The notes beneath the pieces were generated by a model. It worked only from the letters and a program-made list of their open reading frames with translations. It was not told where the DNA came from and made no database searches. From Marsupella aquatica (taxonomy: Eukaryota; Plantae; Marchantiophyta), in NCBI GenBank assembly GCA_973895155.1, contig OZ316892.1, positions 22,047,068 to 22,111,067 of the forward strand: DNA of 64,000 nt. Reading direction: 5' to 3'. Below are positions 37,473 to 51,518 of the stretch, one piece after another. Made by a program: the position numbers and the translations under genes. The number at the start of each line of letters is the position of its first letter. The first letter of the stretch is position 1.

Positions 37473-38905
37473 TCTTTTCAATAACGTCTGAGAGTGACTA
37501 ATAAATTTCTTGCCAGACATTGACTGCTTATCTGGATACTCCCAATCTGCCTCCATCAATTTCTGCACATCCTCAATTATCTTTGGATTTTGTTTGTTCC
37601 AATCAGGTTCTGATACATCAAAAAGCCTCAATCCAATATGGTTTATTAGGATGAGAATAATCAATATCATTGTCATGAATCTGAAAAAACCACCACAAAT
37701 AATAGTCATCAACATTGGGAATGAAAAAAACACCCAATTGCTTTTGAGTACACAAATTATAGGCCACAATGTGAAATGTGCAATGAAAATCCTACCATTA
37801 TCAATTTTCCCTTCTTATTGTCAGCCCTTCTTGCACTACCGGTTCTCTGAAATTGTTTCTTGGCTTGCCTAGATTCCCTGCATTGCTCTGTTGCAGTCTT
37901 TCTTCCCTCTACATACACAATGAGCATCCAATATTGATCATCCACAATTGCAAAATGAGGGATAAGAAATATTACAATATAATACCTGGGAGGCTTCATT
38001 GAAATTGATTTATGTGAACCCTGACTGGATGTCACTACTGCAGAGTGTCCAGATTTTCCAATCGATGTTGATGGAACCACCACTATACACATGCAAACCA
38101 CTGAAGTTATGAGTCCAACATTCATATAGATCAACATTGAAAAATACATTGAAAATCTTTGAAATTACTTACATTCAAATAGCTGGCCAGTCATAGGGTC
38201 TTTATAACATTGCACCATGCCACTCGATCATGGAAGGTCCAACCTTTGTATCTTTGTTTCTTTTGCATCTGCCAAGCTCTTAGATGGAGGTTGCAGATGT
38301 TCCTGTTCAGATCAAGTTAAAACCAATGTTATTAAACAGAATCACTACCAATGTCTATAGTTTCCTCATAATGTTGGTGAAATGTAATAGGAATATCACC
38401 TTGGATGAACTTTCAGGTTTCTCATCTTCACTGTACTCAGCATCAGTGTCATAATCTGATTCAGAGCCCTCATCACCAGACTCTGCCATACTCACTGAGG
38501 CAATTCTTGATATCTGGAGCTCTATCTCCTCTATGTGGTAACCTCACTTCTAGGAGTTCGACGTGCACTTGTTTCCTTCTTGCGCCCTACGGCCTGTGTT
38601 GCACCCAGTCTACATCAGAGAATATCAATTCATGAATGACAAGTACCAAAAACCAACTCATATTGTTGATGAGCAATATTAACACATCTTTGCACATTCA
38701 AAACAACATGCAAGATTATACTCACATGAACTTGAAATTTCTCTAAATATCTCCTTGAATTTTCTATTGTTGTTTGCTACCTTCTTATTTCGTTCCTCCT
38801 CATATGGAGGTATTCGCTGCATTCACTGGTAGACCATGGCATGCCATGTTACTATGATCCCACTCCCAACTAAATCAAACCGGACTATAAGTATCTTCAA
38901 ACCAT

Positions 38906-41900
38906 TCATTTCCTTTTATATTTTCTTTTTCCTTTGTCTGTAGTACTTGGTCCAGGCTCCTGTCTAGTTGTACAGGCTTCTGCCAACTCTATGTGAAACT
39001 TAGCATTGTCATCCATAGTATCATGGAAATCAACTTCCATGTAATCACCCAACACCCTTGTAGACCTGGATTCCTTGTGGAGGAGTCCTCCATGCAATCC
39101 CCTTATCATTTGGGTAAAAAAACACTTGTTCTAACTGTCGTGGCAACACATAGTCCATTTTCTTGGTCCAAGCACCCAGCTCCTTCTGAAAATTTACTTG
39201 CCACAATCCAGATGTATCATATCTCATACTTGCAGTGGCTTTGGGAGTCCAAGATGGGTTTGCCCACCTTCCTTTGAAAAGGACCACTTCCTTTATCAGA
39301 GGCCCATAGTTCAACACTAAGATGTCTGTCAACACCCCCACATATTGTACAGATTCATCTACTGTTGCCCCTGACCTAATGACCCGCTTCTCAGTGAATG
39401 TACAAGCCATCCCAGAATCAAAAGTCTTGAACCCAGATGAGTCACAATCAATCAAGGAACCTAGTGATGGAATGGTGCCCATAGGCTCTGCAGGCCCTGT
39501 ACCGTAGTGCCTTCAAACTAGGTGGTACACTATACGCTGCCAACACCATTCGTTCAAACTCATTCTCAAAATTATGCCTTCTAATGGTCACTTCAAACCA
39601 TTCTCTAAAAGGAGGCAACTCATCCAAATTAGAGGGATAAGGCACAGGATTCCTCCGATTTTCTGGATTCTTCATCCATTCTTTCCGGAAATCTGCTCTG
39701 TGCTTGGTAACTGCCTCTTTTTGATCATCATAAACCCTGCATGGCAAGAATGACAGTCAGCTCCTAGGCCCACACAATTTCTGCTCAAAACTCAATTCTG
39801 TTTAATAATAAACAACAGAGAACTTAACAATATAAACCATGCTCATACCTATACAATGGTTCCACCAGCCAGGTCTTCATTCTCCAGTATGTAATGATGC
39901 ATAGCTATCATATCATTCCACTCCAAGGTGATCTGTTTTCCAGCTCCTTCCAAGACAATGCCTGCAACACCAGGATTCTCCTCCAAGTCCCATGTTCTCA
40001 TTCCTGTCCCCTTAACATCGATCATGTATTCAGAAAGGAATCCTAAAGATTCATCCAGAAGGTAGCCTTCAGCCATAGAAGCCTCTGGACGTGCCTTGTT
40101 TCGAACATAACCCTTCAAGGTCTTTAGATATCTTTCTATTGGGTACATCCATCTAATGTTCACTGGACCACAGATGTCTAGTTCCTGAACCAGATGAATC
40201 AACAGATGGGTCATGACATCAAAGAAGCTTGGTGGAAAATGAATTTCCATAAGGCAGAGTGTGAATGCAACATCCATCATCATAGAGTCATAATGTGAGG
40301 GATCCCAAACCTTGGCACAGATGGTACGCCACACATTGCTCACTCTAGCTATGGCCAACCGAACACCTTCATCAAGTAATCCCATTGTTGCCAATGGAAG
40401 GATTTGTTGCATGAGGTGATGGAAATTGTGAGATTTCAGCCCTGATAACTTCTTCTTAACTGTGACACATTTAGCCAGAGAACTGCTGAAACCAGTGGGC
40501 CCTTTAAAGGTCAACAATACCTCTAAGAACTTAGTCTTCTCTGTCTTACTTAGGCAGTATGGGGCTGGCGGCATGATCTTTGAATCTTTTTTTGGATCTG
40601 GATTTGGAACCAGCCATGTGATGCCTAGCCAGGAATCACTCGACCAGTGAAGTGGGTAAAGCAGGAATGCACCCTAGAAACACCTTAGTATAGGGACAAA
40701 ACAAGGAAAATATAAACAATTAGGGGCGATTATGGAACCCGGGCTGAGGCCGGAGGTAAGGACGCTGGGGGTGAAAACTCGATTAGGGTTAGGGCGCGCT
40801 AAGCATCGGCGGCTAGGAAGGATCAACGGGAGGAAGGACCGGAAGAGGAGAGGGGTAAGGAGCGCTTGCAGGAGATGGTGGCTCATTTGCGAGCACGAAC
40901 TAGGCAGACGACTACGGGAGGCCAACTACTGTCAGCTGCTTAGGCAAGCACTCGGGGAGAGAATAGATACTGATGATCGACCTAAGGAGGGTATGAGCAA
41001 CGTCAATCAAGCGGCACATTTCTGGGGATGCCTGTTTGAACGGGCAACTGAGTACATCAAAACTTACGAGGACGAGGAATCAGAAAGGGCAGCTCAAGAA
41101 CGGCAGGAGCTCGCTCGATTGTGGGAGCTGCAGAAGACGGCTTTCTTAGGAGGCAAACTCATCAAGGACGAGTTCTTGTGGACTCCTACTTCCAATCAGC
41201 TCGACGATCTTTTGTTTTGCAAAGACAGCGTCGTCGGCATCCGAGAGGCCATCAAGAACTACAACGACATACACTGGGAATTGAAGGGTAGCACGGAAAG
41301 GTTAGACCCAGGCAACGGTGCTAGGAGAAACCTCCACGGCAGCAGAGATGAAGAGGAAGGGAGCCATCAACGATGAAGCCACCCCGGCAAAAAGAACGAG
41401 GTCGGCGGCACCAAAGAAGCCAGCCGAGCAGCAGAGCAGGAGGCAGGGAGAAGCCAAAGAGGAAGAGGTTGATCCCATCAAGGCCATTCCAACTAGGGAT
41501 GACACCTGGAAGGGCTGGGCGGCAACCCTACCAGTGGAGGTGCAACTACATTTTGCACGGGAGGAGGATGCATGCTTTACAGCCATGCAGACCAAGAAGT
41601 ACCAAGGCTTCATGGCCGGATCCGGCTTAGAGGCCTTTGTAAGATTACCATGGCTGAAGCCGGAAGTACCAGATTCAGACCTATTAGAATTCGTGGGGTC
41701 ATGGGAACCCGAGACCAATTTCACGAGGATATATGGGAAGGATTTCTATCTTACTCCCAAAGTGATTGCCGAAGTGTTTGGCTTGCCGATAGGCAATAAG
41801 ACCAAAGTTGATACCAAGAAGACCTTGCCTGACAAGGAGTTCCGGTCGTTCCCCGGGCCATCAACGAAGAATGGCTTCTTCCGGAACACCTGCACCAACC

Positions 41901-44900
41901 CGCACATAGGAGAGATGATCGACTTCTTGAGGGTGACCATGCACTGTAACTTGCCGAGGGCAGAGATCGGCAAGGCACAAGTCTATCTGGCAGAGAGGCC
42001 AGACCCAAGCCGGGACTACAACGGGTACCTCCTCAACCAATTGAAGAAGATCTTAAAGGAAGAGCAGCAGGTAATCGGCATGGGGAGCGTGTCGCGGCTT
42101 GGCTATCACATGCCGCTGTTGTGCCGGTATGCCAGAGGTCAGACTTTTGCCCCGGTACTTCCCCTGCAGGTAAGGGCACCCGAGGAAGCTCCAACGCCGA
42201 GGCCGTTGGCTGAGAAGCCTCAACCACCTGTTAGTCCTACGATCGAGCAGGTGTTTAGGCCCAGGAAGGAAGACTTGCCGATGCAGCAACCAGGCATGCA
42301 GAGTCTGCTGAAACTACTGGAGAAAGAAAAGAAATCGGCATCGGCATCGACAACGGCAACGGCAACAATGCAGGACACTACTACAGAGGTAGGCCTACAC
42401 CGGCTCACAAGAGAAAACCCCTTTGCTGGAGACAAGGAGAGAATCAGGCCGGAATCCAAGCCAGGTGTTCGAATGTACGTGGGAACCTCAAGCTCCGAAT
42501 CTGAGGCAGAATTGCCTGAAGCTCCTACCGAGGAAGAGGAGAGGGAGTTTTTTATGCTAGAGGTCAGACTTTTGCCCTAGTACTTCCCCTGCAGGTAAGG
42601 GCACCCGAGGAAGCTCCAGCACCGAGGCCGGTAGCAGAGAAGCCTCAACCACCTGTTAGCCCTACGATCGAGCAGGTGTTTAGACCAAGGAAGGAGGACT
42701 TGCCAATGCAGCAACCAGGCATGCAGAGTCTGCTGAAACTACTGGAGAAAGAGAAGAGATCGGCATCGGCAACGGCAACGGCAACAATGCAGGACACTAC
42801 TCCAGAGGTAGGCTTACACCGGCTTACAAAAGAAAACCCCTTTGCTAGAGACAAGGAGAGAATCAGGCCAGAATCCAAGCCAGGTGTTCGAATGTATGTG
42901 GGAGTCTCAAGCTCTGAATCTGAGGTAGAATTGCCTGAAGCTCCTACCGACGAAGAGGAGAGGGAGAAGCCGGACGTCCAAGAAGTAGAGGAGGCAGTGG
43001 AGGACTGCAGCCATGATAACTCCGGCTATGGGTCGGACCATCACGTTCCAGGAGTAAGGACCTGTGGCCGGTTTGTCCCCACACTTCCAAGGGTAGTACG
43101 AGGGGACCCCAACCAGCAAAGTAGCCATGAGTCTCCCCCACCAGATGTTGCTCCCCCGAGCTTTGATGGCATAAAACAGACGGCGCAGGAATTTCAGGAG
43201 CGAATCAGGCAGGAAGAGGAGGCAGCCCTGGCTAGAGAAAAGGATTTTCCAGGAGGAGATTGGCCGGAGGACATCAGGCGGCTAGCCGAAAAAGGAAGCA
43301 AACCTCTAGCCACGATTGAAGAGATCCGCAAGACGGCTTGGGAGCAGAGGCCACGATGGGCGATGCCGATCACTTCTACTTACTCCACCTACGCTAAGAA
43401 TAGAGCCGTGGAGTATGGTGAGATGTGTGGGGAACTTGCGCTCGGCATCTTTGGAGAGGAGTTGGAGGTAGGACCCTTTTTCCATAGGGAGCAGTTGGAG
43501 AAGCACCAATTAGAAGAAGCGGTGGCTTTAGAGAGAAGCAAGAAGGACAAGGTCATTCGACGGCTTAGGAGGATGGAAGCCGAGATTGAAGATCTAAGGG
43601 CGGCCAAGAAAGCCCAAGATGAACTGCGGATTAAACGGCATGAGCTGAACATCATGCAAGGGCAGTTGGACACCGCGCAGGTTGATAATCAGAATATCAA
43701 GGATAAACTGACTCAGACGCAGGGAGAGTTGGCCGATACGATCAAAGAGAGGGAGAAGTGGAAGCGAGAGCTGAGGAATGCAGAGGAGGCCCACATAACA
43801 GCCAACAGCCGGGCCATGGCGAAAACCCAAAGAAAGGAATGGGCGTTGAAGGGGGAGCTCGAGAAAATCCGTGGAGCCCTTGAGCAGAAGGAGGCCGAGT
43901 TAGGAAAATCCTATCAAGGGATTATGGCACTGCAGCAGGAGCTTGCGTCCTTGACGGCCAGCTTCAAGGCCGACCTAAGGGAGAAGGACGAGATGCTCGA
44001 TCAGACTTACGCCAAGATGAATCAGATGGAGTCTGTCATCATTGCAGAGCTCGACAAGGAGCTAAGAGCAACTCGGGAGGAGAGGGCTACCTTGAAGAAA
44101 GAACGGGAGGAAGCCCATAAGGAACTAGAGGAGGCGTGCAAGGACCTGGATGAGACCCAGGAGGAGTTGGAGGAGATCACGAGGAAGATGGAGAACCTCC
44201 AGCGGCGGGCCGACAACCAAACAGAGCAGCTGAAGAAACAAGCCGCAGTATTTTAGTGCTTGTCTTCATCAGGCCCAACTCCAATTGGGGCAACCAAGTT
44301 ACCAGGAGTGGTACTGGCCAAAGAAAAAGCCGCGCCACCTGCACCAGTGCCGGAAGTAAGTGGGAAGGGGAAGGGACCAGCTGCCGAACCAGAAAAGAAG
44401 AAGAAGCGGAAACCTTCAGGGTCAAGGAGTAATACGACTCCACTGGCCGTGGTGACCAAGGAGGTAGACCCAGCACCAACCTCCGGCAGGAACACGGCAA
44501 TAGATCCCGCTATCACCAAGGGTGGGGAGGGTGCGGCCCAAGCCGAACTACTCAATCATGAGGCCGGTATCCCAGATCCGCCTCTTGAGCAGGCCGGGGA
44601 GACCGTAGCCAAGGCTGAGGCCGTAGCCAAGAATGATTCTCGAGCCGATGCCGACGCCGATGGTGGACCCAGTCAGGCCGATGGAGAGTTGACTCAGTCA
44701 AGGGCAGGTAATCTGTCAGAAAACAAACCTACGGCAGTGGCTGAGGAGGAAGCGTTGGGGGCGTCCATTGAGGATCCACCACCGGTGTCGTGACGGTGCA
44801 AGGGCGTCGTTCCTTTTAGGAAGGGCGGACGTGGAGGGAGGAGGTGTGAGTGGGCAGGGCGGGCGCTGATCTCCAAGTTTAGGATTAGGATCAGGACCAG

Positions 44901-47793
44901 GAGCGGCCCTGACACTTAGCTTAGTGGGATTGCGGTTCCACTGGTAGGAGCAACACTTGTGCTCCTGCCTTACTGTACATAAGTAGTTTCGGGCAGGTAG
45001 ATTACTGTTAGGTAGATTAGGCTTACGCTGCAAAGAATTAGGCGGATCCACTACCAGGATAAGTACCTGGGCAGCGGGGAGCTCAGGGCCTCTTCTTTAG
45101 CAAGTTTTTAGTTTGCACCAGCCGGGCTGGGATCAAGTAGTAAGGGAAGCTCTCGGTTAGTCATACAGTGACCCTTGTGTATATTCATGTTTCCTCATGC
45201 CTAAGAGCTGAATAGAGTTGGCCTCACGGCTTAGTTCGCAGAGCTTGTGTATGAGATGTACTGTTTGTATGGCAAGTGCATGGTATGACTCAGTCAGAAT
45301 GAGTCATTTTGCTATTTGTGTGTCGCATTAACTTGTGTGAAGAGTGCCCACATCAACTAGAAGGAAGGAAAGTAAGCAGGGGAGTGAGAGTTGGATGTGT
45401 TGAGCTGAGAGAGGTCTTAGCGGCTTAACCAAGCCTATTGGGGATCATTCCGGCGGCGGAATCCAAACATACCTAACAAGACGGAGGGGAAGACGAGGGA
45501 AGGCCTAGATTAGGCCGGCTACGTATCTCATGACCCGATGAAGGATCTGTCCAGTATATGTGTGTAAAATGTTAATAGTAGTAGTAGAAGGTTAGCAGCG
45601 TCCCATGCCGCTAAACCGCGGAAACGGCCTCGCCAAGCGCGAAACCTGCGGGAATCGGCTTGAGCTGGGGGGTTTCTTGGGTTTAGGGAGCCATGGGATG
45701 CACCACAAGCCACAAGTGTTCCCGCACGTCCATGACTTTCATGTCTTCTCGAACAAAAGGAGTATCCTTTGTCCCCAAAATAGTGTGCACAATGTTGTGG
45801 GCAAGATTCTTCTCAGAGTGCATGGGATCCAAACAATGGTTGATGAGAAGTTTATGCATTGGACACACAGTTCAGTACAAACTAAGTTAGAATAAGAAAT
45901 GTTACTCTTTGCTACTTAACATTAATACACACTGAGGGATTCAGTATGGGAAACCAGATACTTACACTCCAGTACGGCAGCTTGTATAATCCAGTAACCC
46001 TCTTCACTCCATTCTTCTTTACTGGAGAGTTTTCATCATCCAGCGCATTCCCTGGTTTCTTCTCCACATATTTAGCGGCCTTTTCTCCCCAACGTTTCCT
46101 ATCAGAGCTGGACACTCTACATGGTGCAGCTCGTGCCTCTACCTCACCATTAAAGTATTTTGCCACTTCCTCTTTGCAAAAATAGTGCCTCTGTGGTAAC
46201 TAGCGATGATGGCCAGCAAACAGTAACTTGCCCAACTGTTTTGAACCATGTGCCACACAATTTGGCCCACAAACCACACATCCTTTGTACCCTGCATGTT
46301 GTTGGCCAGAGACTAATCCATATGCAGGATAATCATTGATTGTCCACAATACTGAAGCCCTTAGCTTGAACTCTTGCTGCAATCCTAGCCTTGGTAGAAC
46401 ATCAAAACAATCTACTCCTTCTGACCATAATGTCTCAAGATCATCCACAAGTGGAGCCATGTATACATCAAATTGTTCCTCGCTTACAGACACAGGACCT
46501 GGAATTAGAAGAGCCAGCATGACAAAGAACTTCTTTGTGGAAAGCCAAGGAGGGATATTATAATTCAACAACAGGATTGGCCATGTAGACCAGGCAGTAG
46601 AATTATTCCCAAATGGATTTACCCCATCAAGTGCCAATCCCATTCGCACATTCCTTGGCTCAGCAACAAAAGCAGGGTCAATCTCTGTGTCCACATGTTT
46701 CCATGCCTTTGAATCTGCTGGATGTCGGACCATGTTGTCCTTGCTCTTGTTCTTATGATGCCAAGTCATTAGCTTAACTTAGATGTACCCTTAGTGGCAT
46801 ACAATCTCTTCAATAGAGGGTTTATAGGGAAATATCTCAAGACCTTCACAGGCTGTAAATAATTCCCCACTAACTTCATCTTTGGCTGATTACACTTGGA
46901 ACAATTGTCCAACTCTGCAGTCTCATTTCTAAATAACATACATCCATTCTCACAGACTGGGATTCTCTCATAGTCTAAACCCAATTTTCTCAGTAATTGT
47001 TTTGCAGCATATAGGTTTTTAGGGAGAGTGTGCTCTGTTGGCATTCCATGCTCAGTCAACAAAGACAACATGGCATTCACTCCCGTGTTCGAGAACCTAT
47101 TGTTGTGACAGATGTTTAAAAACAACAATATGAAGGAAACTACATCTGTCTTACTGCCTGGAAATAAGGGTTTCATGGCTTCTTCTAAAGACCCTTGCAG
47201 AGGGACAGGATTTATATAGGATGCCCTGCTGTAGGTGTGTCCTCAGCCCGGGACTCAGCAAAGGGTGGATCTGCCTCATTCTCATCATTTTGAAACATTG
47301 AATCTATATCAAAAGGAGGATCATTATCCACATATTCGTCAGACTCTTCAGAAGCTCTTGCCAATGTCTCCTGAAGTAAAACTCTGACCTGCTCTTCAAC
47401 ATCTATTGATGGCTGGCCTGAGTGGAATGCCTCTCGAGACATTCCTGCCCTCAGTGCCTTTGGACCAGAGTTACGGATGTAATTGGATCTCCACTCCTCA
47501 TTAGAAGAGTCTTCACCCTCTCCTACCCACACTCGACAGGCAAGGTAGCGGCCATATTTAAGAAGATGTTGTCGACTGGTCTTTCGAGTAGTCTTAACAA
47601 TCCCTTTGCATTCCATGCAAGAGCAATACATTCTATGATCAGCACTACCAGAGCGAGCTGTCTGTTCTCGAGCCCATAAGTTATCATCACGATGCTGTAT
47701 TCGACGTGGATGGGAAAGAGGTAAACTTCTCAGGTTATCTGCCTCTGTTGTATATGCAGTGTTATGTGACCCAGCCTGGCTAGAAGAAGCCAT
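38906..47793 (-). pseudogene. CACTA-2 TnpD transposase interrupted by a solo LTR
   Basis: MYCSCMEC...HLLKYG, CENGCMLF...CSKC, RHPADSKAW...PRNVRMGLALDGVNPF, DPMHSEKN, FPPSFFDVMTHLLIHL..E...GPV..RWMYPIER, TFDSG...YVGVL. Confidence 0.92.
40617..45707 (+). mobile_element. Family-A solo LTR (5091 bp) with the whole LTR gene, disrupted
   Basis: TGTGATGCC...CACCACA, TSD AGCCA (40612-40616 / 45708-45712). Removing it rejoins TnpD (VREHLWL|VPNPDPKK). ORF pieces span 40732-44793. Confidence 0.95.
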
Positions 47794-49729
47794 GATTGCA
47801 GCAAAACCTAATCAATAACACAGTTGCACATCTTTCTTCTGTGACATCTTGCAGAGCATATGAATTATTCTAGACAACTCCAAAACCCTTCCATACCATC
47901 TTCTACAGCGTCATGTGAAGCAAATATGTGCACAAGTGAAGAATGCGACATACATTTGAGGTACTGGACTCCAACTGAGGTAAAGGCAGCTCCAACTTTA
48001 GCCCCCATTGCCAATAGAATAGTTCATGCATGCCAACAACAGGTAAACAGATGACATATTAGCAACTTGATCAGAAATTATTTACTTGGGTACGTTACCT
48101 AATCTCATTTCATATTGTAAGTGGCATTGGGTATTTGAAGGAGACCTGAATTGTACAAATCAAAATGACAAAAGTTTACAAAACCAAATAAAGGCCTACC
48201 TCAACCAGATTTAGGGCAAGGGCAAGGGCCGCCGCCGGAATGTACCCATAAACCAGTGACTCTGACTGATTCCCGGCTTAGGGACTTCTAAGCCATTGCC
48301 CCACCACTCTGCCATTCCACTCCCAGCAATCAGAGTTATGACAGCCCTCACCCAACCCACTTCAATGCACCCGGTACACCTCTTAGTGGCGCTGCTAGTC
48401 CCATCATACACTCAGATTGCCTCACACACACACACATCCATGAGAGAAATGAGGCCTGAGAGGAAAACTCAATTAGATTCAACGATGTGCACAATAGTTC
48501 ACTGAGAACACTTGATTCGAACAATAGTCCCGAAGGCTGTCTACTCCAGATTGCGACGTGCTTGCCCCGGAAGCCCCGTGCTTGCCATGCAAGCTCAATC
48601 CTGAACCTGAGCCCGGCTCACTCCAGATTGCAACAGTAGATTGGACTCGAACCAATCCCGTACTTGCCTTGCAAACTCAATCCTGAACTCAACCTCCTTC
48701 ACTGTACTTCATTCTTGGGGGCACATACAGATCTCACACCTCCATTTCAGAATGTCAAGTTACGCATGCACAGTTGACTCGACTTCTAAGCTGGTACCAG
48801 GCCTAACGGCGATCTACCCCGGACTACAATGAGGCCCGGCCTCATGCTTGCCCTGCAAGCTCAGCTCTGGCCATAAATCCCTTAGTGCTCTCTACCAGAC
48901 AAAGGCCGGGACTCCCCATGGATCACGTAGCCTTGCCAAACTGAACTGTAAATGCTCCTCCTGCTGCACCTCAATCAGTGTCTCAGCCTCCCTACTGTGC
49001 TCATCGTAAATGCAATCAAAATCCTCCCCATAGTTTACAATCACCAATACGTCACCTATCACCAAGGCTATGTATCGGGGGAAAGAACCCAGTTGTGTTG
49101 CCCACTAGAAAGAGCCACAATCCAGCTCGCAAACCTGGCAAACCGTTGCTGTGAAGCTTGGCTGATTACTCCCTGAGTAATAGCACAACCTAGCTCTCCC
49201 CAACACACGACGTCCAAGTCCAGCCTTGCTTGCACAGAGCTCCTCCCTGATGCTCAGTCTACGTGAGATCACACAACTGAAGTCCCCCCCTGCCTCTATC
49301 GGGGGGCTGCCCTATATACTCTCACACTAAGCCCAAATGGGTGGATGCTACGTTGTTGGCGCCCCATCCTAGCCCTAACAGAGCCGCCACTATATCTAAC
49401 TACTAAACCCTAACTTGCAACTTTATTTCTATTTCAAACTATGTATTTCGGATTTGGCTCTCCTCCACAATTTTTGCGAGCTTGCGCCTCCTCTCCAGAT
49501 TTCTCTATTCAACCATTTGATGTGTGGATAGCAGCGTTGGAAGCGGCTTGAGCTCCTCTTTCCAACGAGGTCAATTATAGCCAATTTGGGCAAATACAGA
49601 GAAAGTTATGCCCCCGCAACCGAGAGGGGGTACGCACTATTGCGCTAACCCAAGTTACATAGCTAACCCGAGTTTGGCTAACCAAGCTATCCTATCTAGC
49701 CCGAGTAGAGCTAACCCGTGGCCTCTAGC

Positions 49730-49918
49730 TAATCTGCTACCCGCTAGTCTGCTATCCGCTAGTCTGCTAGTCTGCTAGCCTGCTAGTCTGCTAGCCGCTA
49801 GTCCGCTAGTCTACTAGTCTGCTAGTCTGCTAGCCGCTAGTCTACTATCCGCTAGTCTGCTAGTCTGCTATCCGCTATCCGCTAGTCTGCTAGTCTGCTA
49901 GCCGCTATCCGCTAGTCT
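49730..49918. repeat. 7-8-bp minisatellite (GCTAGTCT / GCTATCC / GCTAGCC)
   Basis: Directly visible tandem array. Confidence 0.9.
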
Positions 49919-50319
49919 GAGCCTGAACCCGAGCTGACCTATGCTAACCCGGGCCCGAGGTCAGGCTAACCCAAACTCGGGCTAAGCCTAAGCTGAAGCC
50001 GGGCTGACCTAAGCTAAGCCGTGGCCAAGCTAGGTTAACCCGAAACCGAAGCCAAACCCGCTAATTCCGGCCACAAGTTAACCCGACACACTAACCAGGC
50101 CGTATCTTTCTTAATACACCTCCGTTTCCCGAGTGTTTTATATCGATTTTACTCGCCTTGACCAGATCTTTCCAATAGATCCGGATTTGGCGACGCATTG
50201 AAAGAGATACGGTCGCCGACCACCCGCGACATATGATTGCCCTTATTCTTGCCATCTCGCTGATCCTTCTATAGTCTCACAGTTACTTACCGTGCACAGC
50301 ATACCAATTCCATCGTATT

Positions 50320-50790
50320 ATTGAATAAGGACCATGTCACGCGTCACAGTGGCACCTCAAAACCCTCTGGAATGACATGGCAATTGCAGTACACCATACG
50401 CCATGGACCAATATCCCACGTTTCTCTACCCTTCACCCCTCTCTTGAGGTGTTTGTCTGCCTCTGGTCCCTCATCCCTGCACCACGCACGAGGGCACCTA
50501 CGACACTGGATAAATTCCCAGATGCCATCCCGATACTCCTTGCAAACATCACAATAATGCCTTGGGCATATCAGAGCAGCGGGATGTGCATCTTAGTTCT
50601 CTGCATACCCTACCCCAAGAGAGGCAACTCCCTTGCCCTCAGTATGGTCCGCAGACAACCCACGTGATATCACGCGTTGCCATTTCTAGAGGGCATTTTG
50701 TTGAGTGAAAGATATCACTGTGCAATGTACGGGCTACAACACAAAATTTCCCTTTTTTTTTCTCCTGGCACAAAAAATATTCTTGAATAA
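50320..50790 (-). pseudogene. EDM2/NSD-type PHD finger remnant
   Basis: Hand translation from 50580: AALICPRHYCDVCKEYRDGIWEFIQCRRCPRAW...RETWDIGPWRMVYCNCHVIPEGFEVPL*. Upstream YHVGCL lies in another frame. Confidence 0.6.
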
Positions 50791-51518
50791 AAGATGTCAT
50801 TGCACAAAAGACTGACCATGACCACCACAAAAGTATAACATTGAAATGAGATGTGTTTTAAAATTTTACCTCTTTTCTCTCCTGTTCCTTTTAAACCTTA
50901 ATCCCCCCTTTTCCCAGGCCCCATTTTCACTACTTTTGGTCTTCTCTTTTTCTCAATCACTCCACTCACTTGTTGCCCCCACTTCCCCCTCCACTCCCAT
51001 GCGAGGATGGAGCCCTTTGAGGGGCTGCCCTATAGTGCAAGTGTGTCCCTCGCCCAACACCTTGTCATCAACGCCCGTGCCACGCTCTTTACTATGTCTT
51101 TGGGCCTTATTATTTTATTTTCTTGGCATTGGAAATGACAATACAAATGACTGGAAAAATCACCACAATTTTTAGGAGAATAGTATTTTGATTGATAACA
51201 AGAAGCCTTAAGGGATGAGTCCAAAGCCTTATTTCTCTTTTCAAAATCTTCATGATATTCAAAAATGTGTACCAAAAAACCACCAAAAAATGGTATGTAT
51301 TTTCCAAACTAGACTGAAAGAGAATTTTACCACCAAAATCTAAGCATATCTTATATGATATTCTCACAATTGTATAAACCTTGAAATATGCACTTTATAA
51401 AAGTAGTCAAAATCAAACTCATCGATTAGAGTTTAAGTCAAACTCAAAGTTTTACAAAATATAACCCAACTTAAGCCCAAGTGGTTTCAAATGCTACGAG
51501 TCCCTCTATTTACCTAGT

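Larger units (their letters stand above)
17972..38800 (-). pseudogene. Multi-exon TnpA-like gene of CACTA-2, interrupted by the LTR element, a non-autonomous CACTA and a MITE
   Basis: With the insertions removed the frame reads SQTLLKR|ERHKLNTYWKDVC...KWARLVDHF|DSPALLARS...HFGRGG (Transposase_24-like). The C-terminus IVARGEV...WVQVSIKAV..DAALPMP...LW is Tnp1/En/Spm-like. Confidence 0.7.

Noticed and set aside
47860-49700. Short ORFs upstream of CACTA-2 TnpD
   Set aside because: No recognisable motifs; probably the leader, introns and promoter of the element.
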